Below, in pieces: positions 1-11,400 of a stretch of 64,000 nucleotides of DNA; the stretch's first letter is position 1, and each line of letters starts with the position of its first letter. The notes beneath the pieces were generated by a model. The model worked only from the letters and a program-made list of their open reading frames with translations, was not told the DNA's origin and searched no databases. This DNA is from an uncultured Spirochaetota bacterium. Its GTDB lineage: Bacteria; Spirochaetota; Brevinematia; Brevinematales; JAOACQ01. The stretch is taken from assembly GCA_963783575.1 (NCBI GenBank), contig CAWAOD010000010.1, positions 96,001 through 160,000 on the forward strand, read 5' to 3'. A program made the translations under genes and the position numbers.

Positions 1-294
1 AGCAATTTTTATAATAATGTCGCTTTCATTTCTTGAATTTCTTAAAATTCAATGATATAGGTTATGGGAACAGTTATTATGCCGCGGCTTTAAAAAGTGT
101 GCTAACAAACAGGTATAATTTCTTTTTTGTGTGATCCTTAAAATAAGGAAGGATGGTTAAACTGAATTATGGCTGTATATTCAAAACGGTTCAAACAATG
201 CCGTCATTAATTCTTCTCAAACCTTCAGGCTATTGGTAAATATGCCGCTTTATGACTGCAAGCCGAAATAATTATTTTTTAATTTATTTTTTGC

Positions 295-323
295 TTGACA
301 AAATATTTAACCCACTGTATATT
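295..323 (+). promoter_or_regulatory. sigma70-type promoter of the tetR-efflux operon
   Basis: TTGACA (295-300), 17-bp spacer, TATATT (318-323). Confidence 0.75.
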
Positions 324-328
324 AATAT

Positions 329-350
329 GCGGACGGACTTGTCCGTCCGC
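329..350. promoter_or_regulatory. Perfect palindrome, probable TetR operator
   Basis: GCGGACGGAC-TT-GTCCGTCCGC, a GC-rich 10-bp inverted repeat at the predicted +1 in AT-rich DNA. Confidence 0.75.
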
Positions 351-377
351 AAGAGAAAGCATTCATAAGGAATTTTA

Positions 378-1037
378 ATGGATTATACTGAAAAATTTAA
401 CCAACTTACTGATATTGAAAAAAAAATTCTGGATGCATCAAAAATAGAATTCGAAAATATGGGGTATCATAAAGCCAGTGTTGATGAGATCGCAAAAAAT
501 CTCCAGATCGGAAAGGGTACTATTTACCGCCATTTCGGGACAAAGTTTAAGCTATTTATTTCGGTTATATTTGAAATCCTAAGTAAGCTAATTGACCAGA
601 TTAACGAAGTGGTTCAAATTTCCGATTTCAACGAGGCATACTCAAAATTTATAGATAAAGTGATCGAAGCGAATCAAAGGCTTGGAAAACTTATCTCAAG
701 CGTCAATCTTGAAGAAAACAGCATAGAATTCAGTAAAGAATTGACAAATGACGAGGAATCCCGTACTATTTTTAAAACCGTGATGTGCAAACAGGAATCC
801 AGCATTTTAGTCTTGAAAGAAATTCTGGAAAGAGGAAAGAAGACGGGAGTAATCTACCCCGATATCCAAACTCAAATACAGGCGGAAATCATTTATACCG
901 CTTTGAACGGCTTTATAAGGAAAATGATATCCCACAGAGGTTTAAACAAAGACCTGGCTTATAAAAGCAATTTTTCGATCGAAGAGGGTTTGCCGGAATT
1001 AAAGAAATTCTTATTTCGCAGTATAGGTTTAAGATAG
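378..1037 (+). CDS. TetR/AcrR family transcriptional regulator
   Basis: N-terminal HTH ILDASKIEF..GYHKASVDEIAKNLQIGKGTIYRHFGTK. Confidence 0.93.
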   Translation: MDYTEKFNQLTDIEKKILDASKIEFENMGYHKASVDEIAKNLQIGKGTIYRHFGTKFKLFISVIFEILSKLIDQINEVVQISDFNEAYSKFIDKVIEANQRLGKLISSVNLEENSIEFSKELTNDEESRTIFKTVMCKQESSILVLKEILERGKKTGVIYPDIQTQIQAEIIYTALNGFIRKMISHRGLNKDLAYKSNFSIEEGLPELKKFLFRSIGLR

Positions 1038-1167
1038 AATAATTTATTCTGAATTATTACGGATTTTGCATCTTTTTTTGATATTTTATCTTATCCTGGT
1101 AGTAACTTTTTTCCAGGGACGGGATACTGTATTATATTTATTAAATTTTTAGAAACAGGAGAATATT

Positions 1168-2538
1168 ATGAAACAATTTATAATATTGATAATTCTTATA
1201 GCTTTGTCGCAAATCATTTATGCAGGCGATATTCAAACTATAACTATCAGTAATGCAATTGATCTGGCATTAAAAAACAACCTGGATCTCAGGCAGGCCG
1301 AAAAAGACGTGACAATAGCCCAGGCCCAGTATGGTGAAAGCTTTGCCGACTTTTCCCTTCCTGGTGTGGCTTTGAACGGGAGTTTTACCCTTTTAGACCC
1401 TTTGACTGTCAGTAACGGTATAGTTAATAGCCCCAGCGGCTATGGTGTAAAGGGGAATGTCGTATATCCCACCGGCTTCAGTACGATATCAAATGTCTAC
1501 CCTGATAACTATTCCGGAGGTGTAACAATAAGCAAGGCTTTATTCACCGGTTTCAAGTTATGGAACCTTCTTGAGATCAAGCAGATGAACCTTGATCTTG
1601 CAAAGAAAAAATATGATGACACAAAGAGCTTAATTACATATAACACGGCTGTTTCCTTTTATAATATAATGGTACTCAGGGAAAACATTAAACTTACCCA
1701 GGACCTTGACCGCCAGCTTTCAAACCAGCTCCAGTCCGCTATTATCGGTTATAATAACGGAATTGTCTCGGAACTGGACAGGGTTCGGGCCGAAGTCCTT
1801 TATGAAAACAATATGCCTTTCCTGCTACAGGCTACAAATTCTTACATCCAGTCAAGCATCGCCCTCTGCAACCTGATTGGAGTTAAAGATTATTCGACAG
1901 TAGTATTCCTGGGAGATTTAATGGACTACACAAATGTGGTTTTTACCAATAATAATGAAACCGATGTCATTAATATGGCATTATCAAACAGTATCGACCT
2001 GCTGAGTATTGATTATGCTTTAAGGATCATTGATTTGAATAAAAAGGTCAATGAGGGGAATTATTACCCTACTCTTTCGGCCTCTTTCAATTTCCAGGAC
2101 GCTTATAAAAGGCAGTTCACTGATACCAATAGAAATTGGTGGCCCAGCTGGACGGCCGGTCTGCAACTTTCATACGCTTTAGACACTTTTATCCCAATTT
2201 CGAAAACGGTAAAAACAAGCCAGGAATTTGATGAAACAATAACAAAAAATAAATTAGCCCGTCAGGAAATTTCCGATGGTCTTATACTTCAGGTTAAAAC
2301 TCTACTGCTACAGCTCGACCAGTCAAAACAAAGTATTTCAAGCCAGCAAAAGGGCTTAAAACAGGCCCAGCTCGGGTTAAAGCTGGCTAATGACCAATAC
2401 CAGGCAGGCCAGGCTTCATCATTAAATCTTTCCGATGCTCAGGCCTCGTATACGCAAGCCATGCAGAACTACCTGCAAGCCGTTTACGGTTATTTCTCAA
2501 GTATTTTAAGATTAAAACGCTTAATCGGTGAAAATTAA
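1168..2538 (+). CDS. TolC family outer-membrane efflux protein
   Basis: Signal peptide, AIDLALKNNLDL, YYPTLSAS, YQAGQASSLNLSDAQ motifs; efflux operon context. Confidence 0.9.
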   Translation: MKQFIILIILIALSQIIYAGDIQTITISNAIDLALKNNLDLRQAEKDVTIAQAQYGESFADFSLPGVALNGSFTLLDPLTVSNGIVNSPSGYGVKGNVVYPTGFSTISNVYPDNYSGGVTISKALFTGFKLWNLLEIKQMNLDLAKKKYDDTKSLITYNTAVSFYNIMVLRENIKLTQDLDRQLSNQLQSAIIGYNNGIVSELDRVRAEVLYENNMPFLLQATNSYIQSSIALCNLIGVKDYSTVVFLGDLMDYTNVVFTNNNETDVINMALSNSIDLLSIDYALRIIDLNKKVNEGNYYPTLSASFNFQDAYKRQFTDTNRNWWPSWTAGLQLSYALDTFIPISKTVKTSQEFDETITKNKLARQEISDGLILQVKTLLLQLDQSKQSISSQQKGLKQAQLGLKLANDQYQAGQASSLNLSDAQASYTQAMQNYLQAVYGYFSSILRLKRLIGEN

Positions 2539-2572
2539 ATAGAGTTTAAATAAATTTAATAGGAGTTTAAAT

Positions 2573-3489
2573 ATGGATAGTAAAAAGACTAAGGGCAGAA
2601 AAAGAAATTTGATCATAGTCGCTTTAATTCTGGTTGTTGCAATCGGGGGATTAACTTATTATAGAATTAACCTGAAGATCATTCAAAATTCTAAAAAAAC
2701 AACCGCCATTGTATATAATGTCGGTTCTATGATATTAAAAAAGCAATGGTTAACTCAAACTCTATCTTTTCAGGGCCTGATCCAGGGCGATCCCCAGGTC
2801 AAGATTTATCCGCAGGTCGGCGGGATATTTGAATACAATACTGTGCTGGAAGGCGCTTATGTTACAAATAACCAGCCCGTATCATTTATCGACCGGAATA
2901 TAATTGGCCAGGATTATAAACTTGCCCCTGTCAATTCAACCATTAACGGCATTGTGACTAAATTGTATTATATTGATAAGGGATCCCGGTCGGAACCGAT
3001 AAACCTATAGCAGTTGTTGCCGACACAAACAACATAAAAGTTGTCCTGAATGTAGGCGAAAATGATCTTTTGAAGATCAAAGAGGGTATGCCTGCAACAA
3101 TATATTATGCAAATGATAAAAGTATTTCAATAAACGGAACTGTTTATACAGTCACTCCTTTTGTTGACAGCGATACCCTGTCAGGGAACGTAACCGTTAG
3201 GAATGTTAATAAAAAGTCAATTCTTAAATTAGGCATGTCTGTTTTAGTCGATATCACAATTGGAAAAATATTTGCATTTGTCGTTCCCGAAGAATCCGTA
3301 GTTGCATCACTGGATGAGATTTATATATTCATCAATGATCATGGAAAAGCCAAGCAGGTAAATATAACAAGAGGATATTCCTATAACGGTATGGTCGAAA
3401 TCAACGGTAATCTCAATGAAGGTGATGAAGTTTTAACAAAGGGAGCCTTTAAAATCAATGACGGAGATCCTATAAAAACTTCTCAGTAA
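2573..3489 (+). CDS. Periplasmic adaptor (MFP) copy 1, split by a 1-nt frameshift near 2984-2986 (probably assembly error)
   Basis: ORFs 2573-3010 and 3070-3489 are colinear with the intact paralog 7455-8369; adding one C in tcccgg restores DKGSPVGTDKPIAVVA. Confidence 0.85.
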
Positions 3490-3532
3490 TTTTAAATGCT
3501 TTTATGAAATAGGTAAAAAAAGGAGAAAATTT

Positions 3533-6500
3533 ATGAATATAGCTGGTTTAGCGATAAAAAGACCTGTATTTGTAGTAATGATCGTATTATCAATCCTTAC
3601 ACTCGGGCTTGTCGGTTACAGCCGCCTGCCTGTGGACCTTCTTCCGAATATTGATTTCCCGAATATTTTCGTGGTAACTCAATATCCCGGGGCATCATCT
3701 GACGAAATCGAACAGCTCATTACCAAACCTATGGAAAACGCACTTGCCGGCGTGGAAGACCTGGATACGCTTGCATCAATTTCAAGAGAGGGGATGTCGC
3801 TTGTTATTGTAACTTTTACATCTTCTGCGGACATTAAATACGCCGAGTTAACAGTAAGAGAAAAAGTCGGGCAGGCCATGAGTACGCTTACACCTGCGGT
3901 TCTGTCTTCTATTTCGCAGCCGGTTATCGGCCGCGCTTCAACGGAAGATATGCCGATTATCTATATGGCTTTAAAAGGGAACCGCGATCTTGCGGATTTG
4001 AGGGAAATATTCGAGGATATTGCCCAGCCTAGAATTCAGGCTGTTGATGGTGTCGGACAGGTTACTGTTATCGGCGCACGTTTAAAAGTTATTAACCTTA
4101 CCGTAGACAAAACATTACTGGCGGCCAACGGCCTCACGTATAACCAAGTTGTTAATGCCCTTTCTTTAAGGAATGTCAGCTTCCCTTCAGGTCAGATCTA
4201 TGAATCGGAGAAATGGATTAATGTAAGGGTATTGGGTTTGGCTGAAAATTATAAGGATTTTGGCGATATATCCTTAACAACCTCAACAGGCAGAATCCTG
4301 CGTATAAAGGATATTGCAAAAGTGGAAGTTAAGCTGGAAGATGAGGCAACAAGGGCAAAAGTAAATAAAGAAAACGCCTGTATGGTAGTAATTTATAAAC
4401 AGAGCGGGGGGAATACCGTTGGGGTGTCTGAAAACCTGAAAAACGCCTTACCCGATATCCAGAAGGTCCTTCCAAAAGGAGTTTCACTGAAGATGGTAAG
4501 CGACTCCTCAAAATTCATCAAAAGAAGCGTTAACGGCGTTCAGCAGGACATCCTTTTCGGCGCTTTTCTCGCAATTGTTATTGTATGGCTATTTTTGGGT
4601 AACTTCCGTTCAACAATCATTACGGCAATCGCTCTTCCAAACTCGCTTCTCGGAGCATTCTTCCTTGTTTATATCGCTGGTTTCACGATCAACACTATGA
4701 CTTTACTTTCCCTATCACTGGCAGTAGGGTTATTAATAGATGATTCCATAGTTGTACGTGAAAATATATTCAGGCATATTGAGGAAGGTGAAGAGCCGAA
4801 GGTGGCTGCAGAGAAAGGGACTAATGAAGTTGCGCTTGCAGTTATCTCAACAACTCTTTCCATCCTTGCGGTATTTATACCGATATCTTTCCTTTCCGGG
4901 GTTGTCGGGCAATTCTTCCGCGAATTCGGTTTGACTGTAGCATTCGCCCTTATGGTATCGCTGGTAGACGCTTTTACATCGGCTCCGATGCTTTCAGCTT
5001 ACTGGTATAAAAAATCCGATCCGAAGAACGCGAGAGGGATCAGCAGGTTTTTTAATAATCTGAGTTCGGGATGGAATAAATTCTACGATTGGCTAAACAG
5101 CCTTTACAAGGATATTTTAAACTGGAGTTTGAGACATAAAGCGCCGGTATTAATCGGGGTTATCCTGCTTTTTGCTTTCAGCATATATGTATCGAGGTTC
5201 ATCGGCCAGAACTTTATGTCTTCTACAGACAGCGGTTCTTTTAATATTAATCTGGAAACATACCCGGGGGCGCCCCTGGACAAAATTGATTATTATATCT
5301 CCGATGTGGAGAATTTTTTATCCAGGCAGAAAGATGTCGAAACTTATTACAGCCAGGTTGGAGCGCAGGGGCAAAGCCAGATAGCTTCAGTTTACGTGGA
5401 TATGAAGGATTTAAAACAGAGAAAATTATCTACCGAAGGTTTAATATCGATCGTGAGGAAATATATCAGGGGAAAATATGACAGGGACATAAAATACAGA
5501 TTGACGCAATCCGCATTTTACGGCGGTACGGGCGGAGGTTTGGGCGGGGGCGGAGGCGGAAACTCCCCCATTTATTTAAATATAGCCGGCCCCGATCTTT
5601 CAGTTCTTGCCGGGTTGTCTCAGACTATTTACAGGATTGCGCAGCAGACTCCGGGGGCCGTCGATCTGGCATCCACATATAAACCAGGCGCCCCTGAATT
5701 TGTTGTTAAAGTAGATAACATGAAGGCGGAACAGATGGGGATATCCGCCCAGACATTGGGGCTTACTTTAAGGGATCTGATCGCAGGTAACATTATTTCG
5801 GAATTTACCCTTGGAGATAGGAATTATGATGTCATCATCCGAATGGATGAAAATGATAGAAAAACCATTGATGATATTCGTAGCATTCAACTTACAACAA
5901 GAACCGGTCAGAAAGTCCCATTATCGGCAATCGCAAATTTTACCTATTCTTCAGCGCCGCTCAGCATTAACCGTGAGAATAAGCAGCGTATTGTTAGAAT
6001 AGTCGGGAATATTGAGCCCGGGCATTCTCTTTCCGAGGTAATTGCAAATTTGACAAAATCCATCGATAAGAGTGTACCTTTCCCGCCCGGGTACAGCTAT
6101 TACTTTGCGGGTCAGCAGAAACAGTTTAAAGACCTGGCCGTTCAAATGGTTCTGGCAATGGGTCTGGCATTGCTGTTTATGTATATGATTCTCGCTTCTC
6201 TCTATAACAATTTCTTACAGCCTTTGATTCTTATGCTTTCCATTCCGCTCGCAATCATAGGCGCTTTCCTGGCCTTGATTATTACAGGTACCGACCTTGA
6301 CATATACGGTTACATCGGTTTACTGATGGTATTCGGCCTGGTTGCCAAAAACGCAATTTTGCTTATTGACTTTACTAACAAAAAGCGTGAGGAAGGCATG
6401 TCGATCCGGGAGGCGTTATTGCATTCCGGTCCTTTGAGACTGCGGCCTATTCTGATGACAAGTTTCGCAATTATCTTTGGAATGCTCCCGATGGCTCTGG

Positions 6501-6679
6501 GTTTGAACGAAGGTTCGAGAGGCAGGCAGGCTCTTCCCATTACTGTAATCGGCGGTATTTTGACTTCGACCTTCTTGACGCTTGTTGTTGTACCTGTGGT
6601 TTATGAATGGGTTGAGAAAGCCCTGGAAAACAGAAAATTGAGAAAATTAGAGAATAAAGAATCGCATCAAACCATATAA
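3533..6679 (+). CDS. RND efflux permease (AcrB/HAE1-like), copy 1
   Basis: 1048 aa; AIKRPVF, GLLIDDSIVVREN, AKNAILL, RLRPILMTS motifs. Confidence 0.96.
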   Translation: MNIAGLAIKRPVFVVMIVLSILTLGLVGYSRLPVDLLPNIDFPNIFVVTQYPGASSDEIEQLITKPMENALAGVEDLDTLASISREGMSLVIVTFTSSADIKYAELTVREKVGQAMSTLTPAVLSSISQPVIGRASTEDMPIIYMALKGNRDLADLREIFEDIAQPRIQAVDGVGQVTVIGARLKVINLTVDKTLLAANGLTYNQVVNALSLRNVSFPSGQIYESEKWINVRVLGLAENYKDFGDISLTTSTGRILRIKDIAKVEVKLEDEATRAKVNKENACMVVIYKQSGGNTVGVSENLKNALPDIQKVLPKGVSLKMVSDSSKFIKRSVNGVQQDILFGAFLAIVIVWLFLGNFRSTIITAIALPNSLLGAFFLVYIAGFTINTMTLLSLSLAVGLLIDDSIVVRENIFRHIEEGEEPKVAAEKGTNEVALAVISTTLSILAVFIPISFLSGVVGQFFREFGLTVAFALMVSLVDAFTSAPMLSAYWYKKSDPKNARGISRFFNNLSSGWNKFYDWLNSLYKDILNWSLRHKAPVLIGVILLFAFSIYVSRFIGQNFMSSTDSGSFNINLETYPGAPLDKIDYYISDVENFLSRQKDVETYYSQVGAQGQSQIASVYVDMKDLKQRKLSTEGLISIVRKYIRGKYDRDIKYRLTQSAFYGGTGGGLGGGGGGNSPIYLNIAGPDLSVLAGLSQTIYRIAQQTPGAVDLASTYKPGAPEFVVKVDNMKAEQMGISAQTLGLTLRDLIAGNIISEFTLGDRNYDVIIRMDENDRKTIDDIRSIQLTTRTGQKVPLSAIANFTYSSAPLSINRENKQRIVRIVGNIEPGHSLSEVIANLTKSIDKSVPFPPGYSYYFAGQQKQFKDLAVQMVLAMGLALLFMYMILASLYNNFLQPLILMLSIPLAIIGAFLALIITGTDLDIYGYIGLLMVFGLVAKNAILLIDFTNKKREEGMSIREALLHSGPLRLRPILMTSFAIIFGMLPMALGLNEGSRGRQALPITVIGGILTSTFLTLVVVPVVYEWVEKALENRKLRKLENKESHQTI

Positions 6680-6686
6680 TTTAAGC

Positions 6687-6715
6687 AGGGGCGGGTTAAT
6701 CCCGCCCCTTTTTTT
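6687..6715 (+). terminator. Rho-independent terminator
   Basis: AGGGGCGGG-ttaat-CCCGCCCCT followed by T tract. Confidence 0.88.
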
Positions 6716-6843
6716 ATTTGCAAATCAATTATCTCTCACCAATATCTTTTTCGATTTACAGCCACATCATAAAACACAAGCATTTCAAAAAGTGAAGCAT
6801 AATTAATCAGTCACTATTTATCATAATCAGCTATATATTATTT

Positions 6844-6895
6844 GCCACTAATTTCACTAATTCAATAATTCGCGTTAATTAGTGTAATTAGCGGC
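6844..6895. repeat. Imperfect palindromic (REP-like) element
   Basis: GCCACTAATTTCACTAATT...AATTAGTGTAATTAGCGGC, 17/19 complementary, with internal CACTAATT repeats. Confidence 0.6.
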
Positions 6896-7454
6896 TAAAA
6901 AACCGAGACTTTTATAGCAGATTCATACGGCCGAATAGTTATAATGATACTTTGAAGCATTTGAAAAGACAATTAATTAGAAATAATGTACTTGACAATT
7001 AAAATAAAAAGTATTAGCTTAACAGTAAGATGATAAATTTTAATGCAATAAGTAGAATTAAATCAATTGCAACTTTATTAAATTCAATAAACTTATATTT
7101 ATAAGACGGATTTATAATTATTATAGTTTAATTTAAATCAAAAGAAACTTTTCGAAGGGGGCAATATGAAACGAAAAGTTTTCATTTTGATTTTAACCGT
7201 TAATGTAAAATTGGTTAAAACAGATAAGTTCATTTACAGCTTGACAAATCATTCATTAAAGATATTAAATCTTCATCAATACCGGTTGGGGGAAAAACCA
7301 TCCGGCTCAGTAATTTCCGAATCCAAAGCATCTTATTTATTCCCAAAAACATCTGATCGGATAACAAAAATACAGCCTATAAAATGGCCCGGTTTCCTTA
7401 AAGTAATATTATTTAAATATTTAATCATAAATCAAAATATTAAGGAGTATTTAT

Positions 7455-8369
7455 ATGAGTAACAAACAAAACAATAACGGGAAAAGAAATTTGATAGTAG
7501 TGGTTTTAATTCTGGCAGCAATCGGGGGATTTGCCTATTACAGGGTTAATCAGAATCTTATTCAAAATTCTAAAAGAAATTCCGCTACAGTTTATAACGT
7601 GGAATCAATAATATTGAAAAAACAATGGTTGATACAGACTCTTTCTTTTGAAGGTCTGATTGAGGGTGACCCGCAGGTTAAAATCTATCCGCAGGTTAGC
7701 GGAATCTTCGATTACAATACAGTGCTGGAAGGCGCTTATGTAACCAATGATCAGCCGATCTCTTTTATCGACCGCAATCTCGTCGGACAGGACTTTAAAC
7801 TGGCTCCTGTAAGCTCCACAATCAACGGAATAGTTACCAAGCTTTATTATATGGATAAAGGCGCACCGGTTGGAACTGATAATCCGGTAGCCGTAGTAGC
7901 AGATACGAACAAAATAAAAGTTGTTTTGAATGTCGGGGAAAACGACCTTTTAAAGATTAAAGAGGGCATGCCGGCAAAAATATATTATGCAAACGATAAA
8001 AGTATCTCATTGGAAGGATCGGTTTATACGGTAACCCCCTTTGTCGACAGCGACACTTTATCCGGGAATGTGACGGTAAGAACAATCAATAATAGTTCAA
8101 TCATTAAAATCGGTATGTCTGTAATAGTGGAAATTACCATAGGAAAAATCTTCGCTTTTGTTGTTCCGGAAGAATCCATAGTCTCTGCATTGGATGAGAT
8201 TAATATATTTGTCAATGACCATGGAAAAGCAAGGCAGGTAACTATAACGAAAGGATATGCCTATAACGGCCTGGTCGAAATTAAAGGCGACCTGCAGGAA
8301 GGAGATGCGGTAATTACAAAAGGCGCCTTCAAGATTAATGACGGCGATATGATAAATACAACCCGATAA
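7455..8369 (+). CDS. Periplasmic adaptor (MFP) copy 2, BesA-like (no alpha-hairpin)
   Basis: N-terminal TM, lipoyl halves joined by a short linker, VPEESIV and GDLQEGDAVITKG motifs. Confidence 0.9.
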   Translation: MSNKQNNNGKRNLIVVVLILAAIGGFAYYRVNQNLIQNSKRNSATVYNVESIILKKQWLIQTLSFEGLIEGDPQVKIYPQVSGIFDYNTVLEGAYVTNDQPISFIDRNLVGQDFKLAPVSSTINGIVTKLYYMDKGAPVGTDNPVAVVADTNKIKVVLNVGENDLLKIKEGMPAKIYYANDKSISLEGSVYTVTPFVDSDTLSGNVTVRTINNSSIIKIGMSVIVEITIGKIFAFVVPEESIVSALDEINIFVNDHGKARQVTITKGYAYNGLVEIKGDLQEGDAVITKGAFKINDGDMINTTR

Positions 8370-8479
8370 AGTACCCCGCAGTATACTGTGAGGCATTATA
8401 ACTCCTTAAAACTGAGGTAATTGGGTCAAGCGGCATGCTTGTTTAATGTTTTTTTAAAAAAATAACAAGGAGAAAGTTT

Positions 8480-11400
8480 ATGAATATAGCAGGATTAGCG
8501 ATAAAAAGACCGGTATTTGTAGTAATGATTGTATTATCAATCCTTACGCTCGGGCTTGTCGGCTACAGCCGTCTTCCGGTGGACCTGCTCCCGAATGTTG
8601 ATTTCCCAAACCTGTTTGTGATTACTCAATATCCCGGAGCGTCCTCGGATGAAATTGAACAGCTAATAACAAAGCCGATGGAAAACGCACTTGCGGGCGT
8701 GGAGGACCTGGATACCCTCGCATCGATATCCAGGGAAGGCTCTTCCCTGGTAATCATTACCTTTACTTCATCGGCAGATATTAAATACGCAGAATTGACT
8801 GTGAGGGAAAAAGTCGGGCAGGCCATGAGCACATTACCGCCGGAGGTTCTCGCGTCAATATCCCAACCCGTAATCAACCGTGCTTCAACGGAAGACACGC
8901 CTATAATCTATATGGCAATAAAGGGCAACCGCGATCTTGCGAACTTGCGGGAGATATTCGAGGATATTGCCCAGCCGCGGCTGCAGGCTGTTGATGGGGT
9001 CGGAGAAGTTGATGTTGTTGGCGCACGCAATAAGGTTATAAACCTTACGGTGGACAAAACTCTTCTGGCGGCAAACGGACTCACATACAATGAGCTTGTT
9101 AACGCACTTTCCCAGAGAAACATCAGTTTCCCGGCCGGCCAGATTTACGAGACACAAAAATGGATAAATGTCAGGGTACTGGGCCTGGCGGAAGATGTCG
9201 ACCAGTTCGGCAATATCTCCCTGACCACATCCACAGGAAGAATCCTGCGAATTAAAGATATTGCAAAAGTCGACGTAAAACTTGACGATGAAGTGACCCG
9301 GGCAAAGGTGAACAGCGAGAATGCTTGTATGATTGTTATTTATAAAGAAAGCGGCGGAAATACGGTCGGAGTGTCCGACAATCTGAGAAAAGCCCTGCCG
9401 GGCATCCAGAAAGTCCTCCCCAAGGGAATTTCACTCCAGATGGTAAGCGACTCATCTAAATTTATAACCAGAAGCGTTAATGGAGTGGAAGAAGATATAG
9501 TTTTGGGAGCTATTCTCGCGATAGTAATTGTCTGGCTTTTCCTGGGAAATTTCCGTTCGACCATCATAACGGCAATTGCCCTCCCCAACTCGCTTCTCGG
9601 GGCATTTTTCCTGGTTTACATTGCGGGTTTTACAATCAACACAATGACACTTCTGTCATTATCGCTGGCAGTCGGGCTGTTAATAGACGATTCGATTGTA
9701 GTACGTGAAAATATTTTCAGGCATATTGAGGAGGGCGAAGAACCGAAAGTAGCGGCTCAAAAAGGAACGAATGAAGTTGCCCTGGCAGTTTTATCAACCA
9801 CTCTTTCCATTCTGGCGGTATTCATCCCGATCTCATTCCTTTCGGGAGTGGTAGGGCAATTCTTCCGTGAATTCGGTTTGACGGTTGCATTTGCCCTGAT
9901 GGTTTCACTGGTAGACGCTTTTACATCCGCCCCGATGCTTTCGGCTTACTGGTATAAGAAATCCGACCCTGAGCATGCGATAGGCTTGAGCAGATTATTA
10001 AACAATATGAGCATCGGGTGGAATAAATTCTATAACTGGCTTAACAGCCTTTACCAGGATGTTCTCGGCTGGAGCCTGAACCATAAAGCCCCGGTGCTAA
10101 GTGCGGTACTTGTATTATTCATTATGAGTATTTTTGTTTCAAGGTATATAGGCCAGAACTTTATGTCTGCGACTGACACCGGATCTTTTAATGTGAACCT
10201 GGAAACATACCCGGGTGCCCCACTCGATAAAATTGACTTTTATATAACCGATGTGGAGAAATTCCTATCCGGGCAGAAAGATGTTGAAACTTTTTACAGC
10301 CAGATCGGAGCACAGGGACAAAGCCAGGTCGCACAGATCTATGTAGATATGAAGGATTTAAAGCTGAGAAAAATATCAACAGAAGGCCTGATGTCGGTTT
10401 TGAGGAAATATATAAGGGCTAAATATGACAGGGATATCAGGTACAGATTGACCCAGACTTCATTTTACGGCGGAACCGGCGGCGGTATCGGCGGAGGAGG
10501 CGCTTATAATTCGCCTATTTATTTAAACATCGCGGGTCCTGATCTTACTGTCCTTGCGGGATTATCTCAAACAATCTTCAGGATTGCCCAGCAGACGCCG
10601 GGAGCTGTGGACCTGGCGTCCACATATAAACCCGGCGCCCCGGAATTTGTTGTTACGGCAGACAATATAAAGGCCGAACAAATGGGAATATCAGCCCAGA
10701 CATTAGGGCTTACTCTAAGGGACCTGATAGCTGGCAACATCATTTCGGAATTTACACTTGGCGACAGAAATTATGATGTTGTTATCCGGATGGACGAAAA
10801 TGACAGAAAAACCATCGATGATATACGAAGTATCGAGCTTACAACAAGAACCGGCCAGAAAGTCCCTCTATCGGCGATCGCAAATTTTACCTACTCATCG
10901 GCTCCTTTAGCAATTGTAAGGGAAAACAAGCAGCGCGTAGTAAGAATATTCGGTAATATAGAAGCCGGTCATTCGCTTTCGGAAGTGATCGCCAATATGA
11001 CAAAGGCCATAGACAGAAATATCGCTTTTCCTCCGGGATACAGTTATTATTTCGCAGGCCAGCAGAAGCAGTTTAAGGACCTGGCAACCCAGATGGTTTT
11101 GGCATTGATCCTGGCTTTGCTTTTTATGTATATGATCCTGGCTTCGCTATATAATAATTTCTTACAACCGCTGATATTGATGCTGTCCATACCGCTTGCA
11201 ATAATCGGCGCATTCCTGGCGCTTTTAATCACTGGGACTGACCTTGACATATACGGGTATATCGGCTTGCTGATGGTATTCGGCCTTGTTGCCAAGAATG
11301 CAATCCTTCTTATAGATTTTACTAACAAAAAACGCGAGGAAGGAATGTCTATCCGGGAGGCTTTACTGCATTCCGGCCCTTTAAGGCTCAGGCCGATACT

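Noticed and set aside
2984..2990. Programmed frameshifting or phase variation at the split genes
   Set aside because: No slippery heptamer or long simple repeat; assembly error is simpler
7166..7462. 98-aa ORF upstream of the second MFP
   Set aside because: No recognisable motif; it spans a promoter-like TTGACA and leader hairpins, so it is probably spurious, though a leader peptide is not excluded
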